DNA from: an uncultured Candidatus Babeliaceae bacterium | GTDB taxonomy: Bacteria > Babelota > Babeliae > Babelales > Babelaceae | Direction of reading: 5' to 3' | Assembly: GCA_963704655.1 (NCBI GenBank) | Contig: OY969927.1 | Location: forward strand, 448,001-512,000 | DNA length: 64,000 bases | Shown: positions 19,165 to 29,055 of the stretch, piece after piece | Layout: the number at the start of each line of letters is the position of its first letter | How positions within the stretch are numbered: position 1 is the stretch's first letter | Program-made: the position numbers and the translations under genes | Notes under the pieces: generated by a model | The model's database searches: none | What the model saw: only the letters and a program-made list of their open reading frames with translations | What the model was told of the DNA's origin: nothing

Positions 19165-20070
19165 ATGAAATTAAAAAGCTTTTTTGGCATACTTTTTTGC
19201 GGTTCACTGCTCTTTTTTGGCTATTGTCTCTGGGTATTTGGTGCATTAACCACAATAGACCAGCAGTTTGAGATAAACACCCGTTTTAAAGATAATGACC
19301 TGCATAACTGGCTCGCGCCACAGCGTAAACAAAACTTACTTTCACGTTTTAGTGAAAACCGCGCCTCGGAGACAGAACCACACTATATTAAGCCTTCTGT
19401 TCTGCAAGAATGCATACTTTCAGACAAACCCTGCGTTGATATGCTAGCTTCAATAGCGCCGCAACGCATTTTCTGGAAAACTGCAGCAGATATCTATCTT
19501 GAAAAAGAGCAGATACAAAAAGAGCTTTTTAAAGCATTAAAATCGGGCAAAATCAAAGACCGCTTTGGAAAAAAGATTCAATGCAAAACGCTTGCTGTTA
19601 CTGCATTACAGGAAGAACAAATTTTGCTCACCGCTGCGCTTACAAAGTTGCCGTACCATTACAAATATTTTGGTGGATTATACAACGTGTGGAACTATTC
19701 ACCCGTTACCTTCTTTACCTTTTTACACTATTCTCGCTTTATATCCGGCCTTCCAGAATGGATCAAAAGCCCACTTAATAGCCTTGCTTCATGGTACATG
19801 ACGTCTAAATATCCAGAAATTAAGCACGAAACAAAAAAAATTATTAAAAAGAAAACCTTTTGGTTCTTTCACTGGGTGGTTGAATCACGCGTAGAAAAAA
19901 CGTTTGATAAGATTCAAAGTAAAGCGGAAAAACATTCGTATATTCACGACTATTCACCGTACTATCATAAGCTTCAATACGATTTCGATCTTGAAGCAAA
20001 AAATATTTATAGCGAACTCGTTCGCTTGATTGAGCGCAACAAAGCGTTACAAGAAATTTTACTCAGTTAA
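19165..20070 (+). CDS. Hypothetical protein with N-terminal membrane anchor
   Basis: 301-aa ORF, hydrophobic N-terminus, preceded by a consensus promoter. Confidence 0.7.
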   Translation: MKLKSFFGILFCGSLLFFGYCLWVFGALTTIDQQFEINTRFKDNDLHNWLAPQRKQNLLSRFSENRASETEPHYIKPSVLQECILSDKPCVDMLASIAPQRIFWKTAADIYLEKEQIQKELFKALKSGKIKDRFGKKIQCKTLAVTALQEEQILLTAALTKLPYHYKYFGGLYNVWNYSPVTFFTFLHYSRFISGLPEWIKSPLNSLASWYMTSKYPEIKHETKKIIKKKTFWFFHWVVESRVEKTFDKIQSKAEKHSYIHDYSPYYHKLQYDFDLEAKNIYSELVRLIERNKALQEILLS

Positions 20071-20106
20071 TTTAAAAATAATTAAGAATTATATTTAGGG
20101 ACAAAT

Positions 20107-21078
20107 ATGATTAAAAAGACAGTATTTATACTTATTACATTGTTATGTGTATCACAAGATACGCATGCAGCTGGCTTTTTTAATAAAGCCGCACGCGGAT
20201 TATACCATACCACTAAATGGGGCCTTATAACTGCACCTTTTGTAACTGCCGGAGTGGGTTTTGCAGGCTATAAATATATAGAGCATAAGAACCCTGAATT
20301 GCACTTAGCGTTACAATCAGATCTAGGCTTTGGATTTGCGCTTGATAAAAATACCTTACAAAACTTAATTGAATCATCTTCTGATGAAGAAGCGGCAAAG
20401 TTACGTAACATACATAACTACGTCAGAGAAAAGGCTTCAAAACAGTTGGGCGTCCCCCAAGAAAATATTATTGTAAAGGCTGACTCTAGCCGCCCTACGG
20501 GTTATCGCACGTTTAAAAAGAATAATAACACGTATCATATTATTAATTTAGACTTGAACAATAATGATGGCCTGAATTTACAAGAAAGTTTTTCTAGATA
20601 TCTTGAAAATAATGAATCTACGCCTGCACCATGGATAATAAGTCACGAAATCGGGCATGGATTATTCCAGCATGGTAAATATTCAAAATATCTTGGATTA
20701 GGTTCACTTATAACATCATATGTTGCAGGATGCTTGCTTTTAAAAAAGGGTAATGCACTTTCTATAAACAAAAACAGCTCAACTTTTTCAATTTTAGCCA
20801 AAACTGTCACAGCTACAACATTAGCACCAACCACAATTGCAGTTGCTTATCATGTAAAGACGAAGATAAGTAGAAAAAACGAATGGCAAGCAGACAACTA
20901 TGCTATTAATGATTTAAAAGATCCAGATATTTTTGAAGCCACCGCTGTTATGTTTGATAAGTACCATGAAACCATGCAAAATTCTGGAGCTATGGACCCT
21001 TTACACCCAGAGCCTAAAGATCGCGCACAAAATCTAAGAATTGCTGCAGCAAAACTGCGTAAAGAACAAGCGAAATAA
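20107..21078 (+). CDS. M48-like zinc metalloprotease, exported/membrane
   Basis: HEIGH zincin motif, EWQAD third ligand, HP....R motif; signal peptide. Confidence 0.75.
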   Translation: MIKKTVFILITLLCVSQDTHAAGFFNKAARGLYHTTKWGLITAPFVTAGVGFAGYKYIEHKNPELHLALQSDLGFGFALDKNTLQNLIESSSDEEAAKLRNIHNYVREKASKQLGVPQENIIVKADSSRPTGYRTFKKNNNTYHIINLDLNNNDGLNLQESFSRYLENNESTPAPWIISHEIGHGLFQHGKYSKYLGLGSLITSYVAGCLLLKKGNALSINKNSSTFSILAKTVTATTLAPTTIAVAYHVKTKISRKNEWQADNYAINDLKDPDIFEATAVMFDKYHETMQNSGAMDPLHPEPKDRAQNLRIAAAKLRKEQAK

Positions 21079-21090
21079 TTATAATACCCG

Positions 21091-21146
21091 CCCCTTTTGT
21101 TACATTCTTCTTCGCCACAGGCTCGAAGAATATTCAGGGTGCACGG
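21091..21146. repeat. Degenerate solo copy of the 26.5-kb REP variant
   Basis: TACATTC-hairpin-GAATATTCAGGGTGCACGG resembles 26553-26612. Confidence 0.7.
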
Positions 21147-21203
21147 TATATAAAATTAAGTTAATTTAGAAATAATTAAAAATTATAACTGGGAGGTTAT
21201 ACC

Positions 21204-22118
21204 ATGAAAAAGCATTCAATACTTTTACTACTTACTTTAGTAACGCGCGTATGGGGTTACCAAATAACATCATCACATATCACCCCTATCGCAGATTTTG
21301 ATGCGCTTAAGCAACAGATTATCGCGCAACCAGAACAAATAGTTACCACAACGCATACTCTTTCACATCAAGCAAAAGCTATCAAAAACGCTTCTGCATT
21401 CCAAGATTGGATTAATGCAAACGAACCGAATTGCCCAATAGCATTGTTAAGTGAATGCACCGGCACAGGCTGTGGGTTATCGCGCCTTGATGCTCATCGC
21501 CACAAAAGAAATAAGTTCGATGAATACGCTGCAACACGTTTGGCAGAAACAAAAACTGCTACGGGTATCGTAAACTATGTAAGCTTTGCTGCAGGCGGCG
21601 GATTTACCGACTTACGGATTATAACACTTGCTCATGAATTAGGCTTAAAAAGCGTTACTATTCACTTAATAGATCTTACCTATGCATCATGCATTACTAA
21701 GCTCAAATCACTTCATACTCATGATATCATGGCTGTTGCCAAGACAAGCTCGGTCTATCGTGGACACAGCATGAAAGAGTTTATCACCTATGTTACGCAC
21801 CTTTTTGGCGCTGATAATGTCCAGGTGCATATCTATGGCTCGGGGCAAGAATATTTAGATACCATAAAGACATTGGGTGCATACTCGCCAGATCTTATTA
21901 TTGGTATTGATTTTGACCCGTCAACAAAGATCTATAAAGCGTGTATACATGACTTTGTTAAAATCATAGAAAATGGATCATCCCAGGCGCTGCATTTACA
22001 TGGTAATGGTATATTCCATATCGCACCAAAAGGTTTGCCCATCAAACTCGATTTTCCGCGCGATTTAATAAAAAATCGATATAGTAAGAACTTAATCAAC
22101 CACTGTATATTATTTTAA
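21204..22118 (+). CDS. Hypothetical secreted protein (possible Rossmann/methyltransferase-like fold)
   Basis: GGGAGG RBS; signal peptide; YVSFAAGGG and IHLID motifs. Confidence 0.6.
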   Translation: MKKHSILLLLTLVTRVWGYQITSSHITPIADFDALKQQIIAQPEQIVTTTHTLSHQAKAIKNASAFQDWINANEPNCPIALLSECTGTGCGLSRLDAHRHKRNKFDEYAATRLAETKTATGIVNYVSFAAGGGFTDLRIITLAHELGLKSVTIHLIDLTYASCITKLKSLHTHDIMAVAKTSSVYRGHSMKEFITYVTHLFGADNVQVHIYGSGQEYLDTIKTLGAYSPDLIIGIDFDPSTKIYKACIHDFVKIIENGSSQALHLHGNGIFHIAPKGLPIKLDFPRDLIKNRYSKNLINHCILF

Positions 22119-22178
22119 AAAATTCCCCTATAATAATCACGTAAAAACAGATCCATTATGCATATTACTAGGGGATTC

Positions 22179-22727
22179 ATGAAAAATGTTACAATAAACT
22201 ATAAAAGTTATTTCTTTATAGTTCTTGTATCCAGCTTAATTCAAACATCGCGTATCGTAACTAAACCTATCGTTGCAACTGACTGCACAGCACGCTTTCG
22301 ACAAATCACGGGTTTTAATAACGCTGATTACACTATTGAATCAAGCTATTACCCAGATCATAAAATTACTGAAGTAGAGGTATTTCAAAATAACCCCAAA
22401 ATGCTGGTTGCAGAGGTAATAACAGAAGAAAAAACATTTGAAGATACGCCTTATGGATATATAAGCAATTTAAGAGTTTCCAATAAGCATAATACTATGG
22501 GTATAGACAAAGCCCTTATTAAATACTTGCTCGCTATCAATCGTAAAAAAAGACTAAAATGCACCCTAGTTGTTGCCGAACAGCCCCAACATGCGTTTTA
22601 CAAAAATATCGGGTTTGAACTTTATGGAACTGAAGACGGATTCAGCACTTTAAGATATATACATGCTCGATATGCATTTATTGAAAAAATTTACAATTCA
22701 CGGTTGCTTCAGTATGCTTTAAGATAA
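22179..22727 (+). CDS. GNAT-family acetyltransferase-like protein
   Basis: YISNLRV...MGIDKALI and AFYKNIGF motifs. Confidence 0.7.
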   Translation: MKNVTINYKSYFFIVLVSSLIQTSRIVTKPIVATDCTARFRQITGFNNADYTIESSYYPDHKITEVEVFQNNPKMLVAEVITEEKTFEDTPYGYISNLRVSNKHNTMGIDKALIKYLLAINRKKRLKCTLVVAEQPQHAFYKNIGFELYGTEDGFSTLRYIHARYAFIEKIYNSRLLQYALR

Positions 22728-22778
22728 ACAAACTTTATAAAGCTTATTAGTGCATTAACGCAGCACGCATCAGGAATC

Positions 22779-24617
22779 ATGGACCTAAAAAAAATTAATC
22801 TTAAAGATTTTACACCCGATAGAATTAGAAACTTTTCTGTAATCGCACATATCGATCATGGCAAATCAACGCTGTGTGACAGGCTTCTAGAAATTACCGG
22901 CACCCTTTCAACCCGTAACAAGAATGAACAGTTTCTTGATAAACTGCAAGTTGAAAAAGAGCGCGGGATTACCGTTAAAGCACAATCTGCTTCAATGTTT
23001 TATGAGTATAAGGGCCAAACTTACCTTTTAAACTTAATCGATACCCCCGGCCACGTTGATTTCAACTACGAAGTTTCTCGTTCATTATACGCCTGCCAAG
23101 GGGCATTATTGCTCGTCGATGCTAGCCAAGGCGTGCAAGCACAAACTATGGCAAACTTTTATTTAGCCTTTGACCAAGATTTAACGATTATCCCGGTTAT
23201 TAATAAAATCGATATGGCCCACGCCGAACCAGAACGCGTAGAAGAAGAGCTTAAAACGCTTTTTGATTTTGATAAATCACAAGTATTACGCGCATCAGCT
23301 AAAGCCGGTATTGGGGTTCATGAAATCTTAGCCGCTATTATTGAGCGCATCCCCGCACCCGTAAGCAAGACAGAAGAGCCCCTTAAAGCGCTTCTTTTTG
23401 ATTCATGGTATGACGAATACAAAGGGGTAATCTGTTTAATAGCTGTTAAAAATGGCGCCATTAAAAAAGGCGACCAAATTACTCTTGCTTCTACTGATAA
23501 ACAATACGAAGTTTTAGAAATCGGGCTCATGTACCCGGACCAAATGCCCACTGATGCATTATATGCAGGGCAAGTTGGTTATGTTATTACGGGCATGAAG
23601 ACCGTACGTGAAGCGCGCGTTGGTGATACGATATTTAACGCCCGACTACAAAAGCAACTACACCAAATGCCCGAACCTGGCTTTAAGCCGTCAAAACCGA
23701 TGGTTTTTGCAGGTATTTACCCTGTTGAAGCATCAGATTTTGAATTATTACAAGATGCGATAGAAAAATTAACGCTTAACGACGCCAGTGTTAAAGTTGA
23801 AAAGAAAAGTTCGATTGCATTGGGCCTTGGTTTTCGGTGTGGATTTTTAGGATTGTTGCATATGGATGTCTTTAAGCAGCGTCTTGAGCAAGAATATAAT
23901 ATGAACGTTATTGCAACGGCACCAAGCGTACTTTTCAAAATTGTTATGAAGTACACCAATGAAACGGTTACCATTGAAAGCCCTTCAGATTTTCCTGATG
24001 TTCAACAAATTGATCATGTATTAGAACCGATTATCGATGCAACTATTTTAGTACCCAAAGAATATCTTGGCGCTATTTTAGCCTTGTGTGAAGAAAAACG
24101 CGGCATTCAAAAAGAACTTTCTTACTTAAATGAACAGCGTATTATTTTACGGTACCGGTTACCACTTAATGAAGTTGCCACTGATTTTTATGATCAATTA
24201 AAATCACTCAGCTCCGGTTATGCAAGTTTAGATTATGAAGAAGCTGGCTATCAACCGGCAGATTTAGTTAAAATGGATATCTTGCTTAATGGAAAAGCGG
24301 TTGACGCCCTTTCAAGCATTGTTCATGAAGAAAGTGCTCAACGTGTTGGGCGTGAAATTGCAGAACAATTACGAAAAGCGATCCCGCGCCAGATGTATGA
24401 GGTTGCTATTCAGGCTGCTATTGGTGCAAAAGTTATTGCACGTGAATCGATTTCTGCATTACGCAAAAACGTTATAGCAAAGTGTTACGGTGGTGATATA
24501 ACCCGAAAACGTAAACTGTTAGAAAAACAAAAAGAAGGTAAGAAAAAAATGAAGCAAGTGGGCAACGTAGAAGTTCCACAAGAAGCTTTCTTATCGATAT
24601 TAAAAAAAGAGAGTTAA
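22779..24617 (+). CDS. lepA: Elongation factor 4 (LepA/GUF1)
   Basis: IAHIDHGKSTL, DTPGHVDF, NKID, KCYGGDITRKRKLLEKQKEGKK. Confidence 0.97.
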   Translation: MDLKKINLKDFTPDRIRNFSVIAHIDHGKSTLCDRLLEITGTLSTRNKNEQFLDKLQVEKERGITVKAQSASMFYEYKGQTYLLNLIDTPGHVDFNYEVSRSLYACQGALLLVDASQGVQAQTMANFYLAFDQDLTIIPVINKIDMAHAEPERVEEELKTLFDFDKSQVLRASAKAGIGVHEILAAIIERIPAPVSKTEEPLKALLFDSWYDEYKGVICLIAVKNGAIKKGDQITLASTDKQYEVLEIGLMYPDQMPTDALYAGQVGYVITGMKTVREARVGDTIFNARLQKQLHQMPEPGFKPSKPMVFAGIYPVEASDFELLQDAIEKLTLNDASVKVEKKSSIALGLGFRCGFLGLLHMDVFKQRLEQEYNMNVIATAPSVLFKIVMKYTNETVTIESPSDFPDVQQIDHVLEPIIDATILVPKEYLGAILALCEEKRGIQKELSYLNEQRIILRYRLPLNEVATDFYDQLKSLSSGYASLDYEEAGYQPADLVKMDILLNGKAVDALSSIVHEESAQRVGREIAEQLRKAIPRQMYEVAIQAAIGAKVIARESISALRKNVIAKCYGGDITRKRKLLEKQKEGKKKMKQVGNVEVPQEAFLSILKKES

Positions 24618-24622
24618 TAGTT

Positions 24623-25678
24623 ATGGTCAACGAACAATTCAATGGTAATATCGTTATCTTTCAGGCATTTGATGTGGGTGACGATATCAACTTCTCAAAA
24701 GTTCTTAATGAAAAAATGCTCCCGGTTTTACCGTCCCAGTATTCAAAATACTTTAAGAACTATCATATCCCGTTAACGGTGGCGCCTTCGTTACTTGACC
24801 CAAAAATTACCTGCAATAACGCCAAGTTGCATAATTTTGGTGTTATTACGCTCAGATATCAGATCCCTTTTAGTTCGACCTTTGAAGATTTAAAATCAGA
24901 AATTACTGCTATCGATACGCGTTATGAAACACAAAGTTTAAATGACGCGTTCTTTATTTTTAATAAAATTAAGGGCGCCGTTAAACAATCAAACTTTTTC
25001 CACTTACGTAAGTCGTATACGGTAATCCAAGTTAACCCACAACAAAAATATGATGTGGTAAATTTTAAAGATACGTTTGGCAGTATTATCGCCTCAACAC
25101 TGCGCTTTGAAACAGAGACACTGTCTGAATACCAAAAAAATGAGATCTTAGCATCTGCTTTTGGCTATTACCGTGGTGATCTTATTATTGTCGATACAGA
25201 AGCGGCATGCGTATATGACGACGAATATGAAGACATTTTGGAGCTCTTTGAGTTTGCCAATATGCAGCAGCTTGAATTACAGTATTTTGACCGCGTATTG
25301 GATAAACAGCTCAATACCGTGTATGAACGTCAAGTTAAAGCCCCGCCATTTCGGTCATATCTGCCCTTTATCTCTGCTACAGAAGGCGACCCAATTGGCG
25401 ACCTTGAAAAACTTAAAGTAGATATTTCAGTTATTACTGAAAGGCTTGAAAACAGTATCAAAGTTGCCGGCGAAGCTTATTATTCTGAACTGTACCAGCT
25501 TTTAACTGAAAAGCTTGATCTGCAAAATTGGAAAGAGTCTATTAACCGCAAGCTGTATATTATTCAGGATATTGCTACGGTGTACCAAAACAAAATTGAC
25601 GCCGTGCGTGGTGATATTTTATCAGTTGCGATTATTATCTTAATCGCCCTTGAACTGGTTATTTTGATTATTAAGTAA
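24623..25678 (+). CDS. RMD1/YagE (DUF155)-like protein
   Basis: LELQYFDRVLD and YY..LY...L.L..W motifs; C-terminal IIILIALE TM. Confidence 0.65.
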   Translation: MVNEQFNGNIVIFQAFDVGDDINFSKVLNEKMLPVLPSQYSKYFKNYHIPLTVAPSLLDPKITCNNAKLHNFGVITLRYQIPFSSTFEDLKSEITAIDTRYETQSLNDAFFIFNKIKGAVKQSNFFHLRKSYTVIQVNPQQKYDVVNFKDTFGSIIASTLRFETETLSEYQKNEILASAFGYYRGDLIIVDTEAACVYDDEYEDILELFEFANMQQLELQYFDRVLDKQLNTVYERQVKAPPFRSYLPFISATEGDPIGDLEKLKVDISVITERLENSIKVAGEAYYSELYQLLTEKLDLQNWKESINRKLYIIQDIATVYQNKIDAVRGDILSVAIIILIALELVILIIK

Positions 25679-25701
25679 ATAATGCGCTTTGGCGCACCAC
25701 A

Positions 25702-25734
25702 AAAAAAGGGCCCTGAAGTTTCAGGGCCCCTTTT
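25702..25734. terminator. Bidirectional terminator
   Basis: AAAAGGGCCCTGAA-gt-TTCAGGGCCC hairpin between convergent genes. Confidence 0.8.
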
Positions 25735-25757
25735 ATCAATATCTATCTTCTTTACTA

Positions 25758-26297
25758 TTACTTCTTCTCGCACGTAAAAACTAAATGTCCCGGATAACCG
25801 CCTGAAAAGAATGGTTTAATTTTCTCATCGGTATAAAGTTTTGCATTCAGTGTCCCGCAAGCTTGACTTGCTAAAATATTAATCAAGCCTTCATTTTTTT
25901 TATCTATACCAGGCTTTAAAGGTTCTTGTGTAATAGCATAGAATTTATCAGCCACAGGCTGTATTACCCAGTTTATAGTTGAATCATTCGGATTGCTTGT
26001 CCAACGCGCAACTTTTAATTTTTGAAGCGGCTTTGCGGTAACCTTATTAGCAGAATCAATGCTTACCAATCCAGCACCAAATTGCGCACAGAGTGCACGC
26101 GCATCAGCTTCGGCCATATTTGGCTCCACCACATCAGACTTACTAAGCATCTTTACATGTGTATGATCGACTGTGATAGTAAACTGATCTCCTAACTGGG
26201 GCTGGAAATAATAATCTGCATTGTATACATCAGGCATACCACCAGCCTGCAAACCTACAGCTGCAAACGAACAGAGTAATAAAAATAACTTTTTCAC
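25758..26297 (-). CDS. Hypothetical secreted protein
   Basis: GTG start with AGGAG RBS; signal peptide. Confidence 0.7.
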   Translation of the reverse strand: MKKLFLLLCSFAAVGLQAGGMPDVYNADYYFQPQLGDQFTITVDHTHVKMLSKSDVVEPNMAEADARALCAQFGAGLVSIDSANKVTAKPLQKLKVARWTSNPNDSTINWVIQPVADKFYAITQEPLKPGIDKKNEGLINILASQACGTLNAKLYTDEKIKPFFSGGYPGHLVFTCEKK

Positions 26298-26433
26298 AAC
26301 ATTCTCCTGAATTTATAAAATTAACACTATATATCTATAAATTCAGGTTAACAAAGAATATCGATAAAAATCAAGAGTTTTAATATAAGAGATAATTGAT
26401 TTTATATTAAAAACTTAAACAAAATTATTATAT

Positions 26434-26479
26434 TTACTCATAAACAGCGACTTTTGCCGGGCGGAGGATCACTGTCCCC
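26434..26479 (-). repeat. Displaced duplicate of the grpE 3' end
   Basis: Matches 26985-27030 with 5 synonymous mismatches; both encode GTVILRPAKVAVYE*. Confidence 0.92.
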
Positions 26480-26484
26480 TCAAT

Positions 26485-26975
26485 CCGTGCACCCTGAGTG
26501 TTCACCGCAGGTGAATGTATCGAAGGGTCGGCATTTAATTTTATATGACTTCCGCTATCCTTCGATACATTCTACTTCGCTAAAGCTTCGTAGAACACTC
26601 AGGATGCACGGGATCACAGAATTTCTTTTTGGCGTACTCCGTAAGCAACTTAAAATCCCCTGTAATAAGTGCTTCTTTTTTCTTTCGGGTCCACCCTTTT
26701 AATTTTTGCTCAAGCTTAAAAGCTTCAGTGCGCTCTTCTAACGCTGCATGAAAAACTAATGTAACAGGCAATCTTGTTGAGGTATATCCGCAAATCATCT
26801 TATTTTGATGGTCTATAACACGCTTTTCAAGATCATCAGTTTGTCCAACATAATAAGAATCATCACTGCACTTTAAAATATAAACATAAAAATATTTCAT
26901 ATAACTTGTTAGACATTAATAATCGCTATCCTTCGATACATTCCCCCGCTGGGGGAACACTCAGGATGCACGGGG
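26485..26975. mobile_element. REP-flanked GIY-YIG cassette A
   Basis: Palindromes at 26485-26527, 26553-26612 and 26924-26975 (CCGTGCA.CCTGAGTGTT-hairpin-AATGTATCGAAGG) surround the nuclease gene. Confidence 0.75.
26580..26900 (-). CDS. Stand-alone GIY-YIG nuclease
   Basis: YVYILKCSDDSYYVGQT.DLEKR...H, EAFKLE..LKGWTRKKKEALI. Confidence 0.93.
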   Translation of the reverse strand: MKYFYVYILKCSDDSYYVGQTDDLEKRVIDHQNKMICGYTSTRLPVTLVFHAALEERTEAFKLEQKLKGWTRKKKEALITGDFKLLTEYAKKKFCDPVHPECSTKL

Positions 26976-26984
26976 ATGGGGAAT

Positions 26985-27434
26985 TTATTCATAAACAGCG
27001 ACTTTAGCAGGGCGCAGGATAACTGTCCCCATGCGATAGCCTTTTTGCAATACCTGTGCAATAGCGCCAGAAACAGCCCCTTCAACTAACGGCGTTTGCA
27101 TAATCGCTTCATGTAAATTTGGGTCAAACTGGGTATTTTCGGTAATTTCAGTAACATTAAAGCGACTAAGTACCTTTTTAAATGCTTTATAGATAAGCTC
27201 AAATGCCGGGTTTGATATATCATGCTGTGCACGGTCAAAATCATCAACAATGTCGATCAATTGCGTCAAAACATCTGCTTGTGCAGCCTGTGACCACTGG
27301 CCACGTTGAGCTTCCATGCGCTTTCTATAGTTATCAAAATCAGCCTGCAAATAGGCATATTGTTGCCTACAGCGCACTAATTCGTCGTTATCGCGCACAA
27401 CTGTTTCTTGGTTAAGATTATTATTTTCTTCCAT
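26985..27434 (-). CDS. grpE: Nucleotide exchange factor GrpE
   Basis: ADFDNYRKR, FDPNLHEAI, QKGY....VILRPAKVAV. Confidence 0.95.
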   Translation of the reverse strand: MEENNNLNQETVVRDNDELVRCRQQYAYLQADFDNYRKRMEAQRGQWSQAAQADVLTQLIDIVDDFDRAQHDISNPAFELIYKAFKKVLSRFNVTEITENTQFDPNLHEAIMQTPLVEGAVSGAIAQVLQKGYRMGTVILRPAKVAVYE

Positions 27435-27501
27435 TAAAGACCTTTATTATGTATGATTTATCAACAATATTTTTATTAGTTTAACAAAAATATGAAAAGT
27501 A

Positions 27502-28383
27502 ATGAAAAAGTATCTATATCTTCTTATTATTGTATGCAGCTGGGCCGCACTGTATAGTTTTAATATCCCTAAGTTTTATCACGGCAGAATATTTTTAGAT
27601 GAACCCCGCTTTTCTGAAAAAGGGCTTTTTACTGCCGACATAACCGTAGCAGGCGGAACCAAGCATTTTAGGGCCAGGGGCTACAAAGGCCATTTAGAAT
27701 TTGCTGAAGCGATTTTACAAGGGTACCTGAATTTTAATAAAGGGATTTTTATTCATGCCTATATCCCCATCAGCTGGGTACGCATGAACGATGTCGAACG
27801 GTATGATCTTTCGGTTAAACCGCTGCCCCATTGCATCAAAAAAACTGATATCTATAGCCCGGGAATTTTTGCCGGCTGGACGGTAAACTATGAAGATACA
27901 AAATATCTTGACTATCTGGATGCAACATTTGAGCTGGGCATGCTTTTAAATACACCGAGACATGCCATAAATATACCCCTTTTTCCTATCGGCTATACAA
28001 CGCAACCTGGCTTTGCAGGAGCTGGTTATTTCTCGATGGGTGCCTATGAATGGCTCACGCTTGGAGCGTATACGCAGGCTATCAGTTTTCAACCTGCAAC
28101 CATCTGGAGCGCAGGAAGCTATCTTAAACTCGATCACCTGATACCTAAATTGTCTTTTATGGTAGCAGTATGCGGCGATGGGCAAAATAAACAGATTGAA
28201 TCTATAAGTCCGTGGCAGATGCTTTCAGTATACCTATCTTTTGAGGTTGACTTGGCCACCGATGATCGCCCTTGGTTGCCGCGCTTTAAAGCGCTCTATA
28301 GCAAGCCGGTTGCCGGGTATAATATCTTAAAGGCGGGGATGGGCGGTTTCACCGTTGGCGTCGACGCTCAAATCATTTTTTAA
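27502..28383 (+). CDS. Putative outer-membrane beta-barrel protein
   Basis: Signal peptide, amphipathic beta strands, C-terminal Phe. Confidence 0.55.
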   Translation: MKKYLYLLIIVCSWAALYSFNIPKFYHGRIFLDEPRFSEKGLFTADITVAGGTKHFRARGYKGHLEFAEAILQGYLNFNKGIFIHAYIPISWVRMNDVERYDLSVKPLPHCIKKTDIYSPGIFAGWTVNYEDTKYLDYLDATFELGMLLNTPRHAINIPLFPIGYTTQPGFAGAGYFSMGAYEWLTLGAYTQAISFQPATIWSAGSYLKLDHLIPKLSFMVAVCGDGQNKQIESISPWQMLSVYLSFEVDLATDDRPWLPRFKALYSKPVAGYNILKAGMGGFTVGVDAQIIF

Positions 28384-28794
28384 AAAATAATTGGTATATT
28401 CCAAGATAACATCAATTGCGTGCGTATACCGCGGATCTTTCTCGAAAAACTCTGGCAATGCTCTAAACCGCGTGTGTAAATGGTTAAAAAGTTGTCCAAA
28501 ACAGTTTATTTGTCTTTCTGCAAGCTGGTACCCACTCTCTTTAAGCTGCTGTACCTCTTTACATAATTTTAAAGTAGCTTGACACAGCTCATCATAAAAA
28601 AGGGCATGGTCCGTGATATGCTCATGCTCAGCCAATTCTAACAGTGACCAAACAGCAAGCGCTTCGTTGCTGACCTGTTTACTTATTACATCGGTGATAT
28701 CGCATAAAGAAAATAAAAAATTTCCCGAGATGAACACTAAAAATAGCGTTGAATGCTTAAAAAAAATTCCTATTAAAAAAACATACCTATTCAT
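28327..28794 (-). CDS. Hypothetical protein
   Basis: 155-aa ORF with hydrophobic N-terminus; overlaps the convergent gene end. Confidence 0.5.
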   Translation of the reverse strand: MNRYVFLIGIFFKHSTLFLVFISGNFLFSLCDITDVISKQVSNEALAVWSLLELAEHEHITDHALFYDELCQATLKLCKEVQQLKESGYQLAERQINCFGQLFNHLHTRFRALPEFFEKDPRYTHAIDVILEYTNYFLKNDLSVDANGETAHPRL

Positions 28795-28915
28795 ATTTTT
28801 CTCATTTTTATATAAGTTATTACTTTCAGTATCGCCGAAAAATATTTAAATAGTCAATCAAACAAAGACTATTGCGGCGCAATGCCCTATTGTGTTATTT
28901 TGTATAGTAACAAAT

Positions 28916-28944
28916 AAAAAGGCCCGGAAATTCCGGGCCTTTTT
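28916..28944. terminator. Terminator downstream of ssb
   Basis: AAAAAGGCCCGGAA-a-TTCCGGGCCTTTTT. Confidence 0.8.
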
Positions 28945-28987
28945 AAGTTTTTAAGAATTAAAGAAGCTAACATCACTTTCAATTCCC

Positions 28988-29016
28988 AACCCTTCGACTA
29001 CGCTCAGGGCGAGCGG
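28988..29016. repeat. Solo REP-like palindrome
   Basis: AACCCTTCGACTACGCTCAGGGCGAGCGG. Confidence 0.85.
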
Positions 29017-29055
29017 TACTAGGAGGTCGTGAGTTATCAACAAGAAATTATGTAA

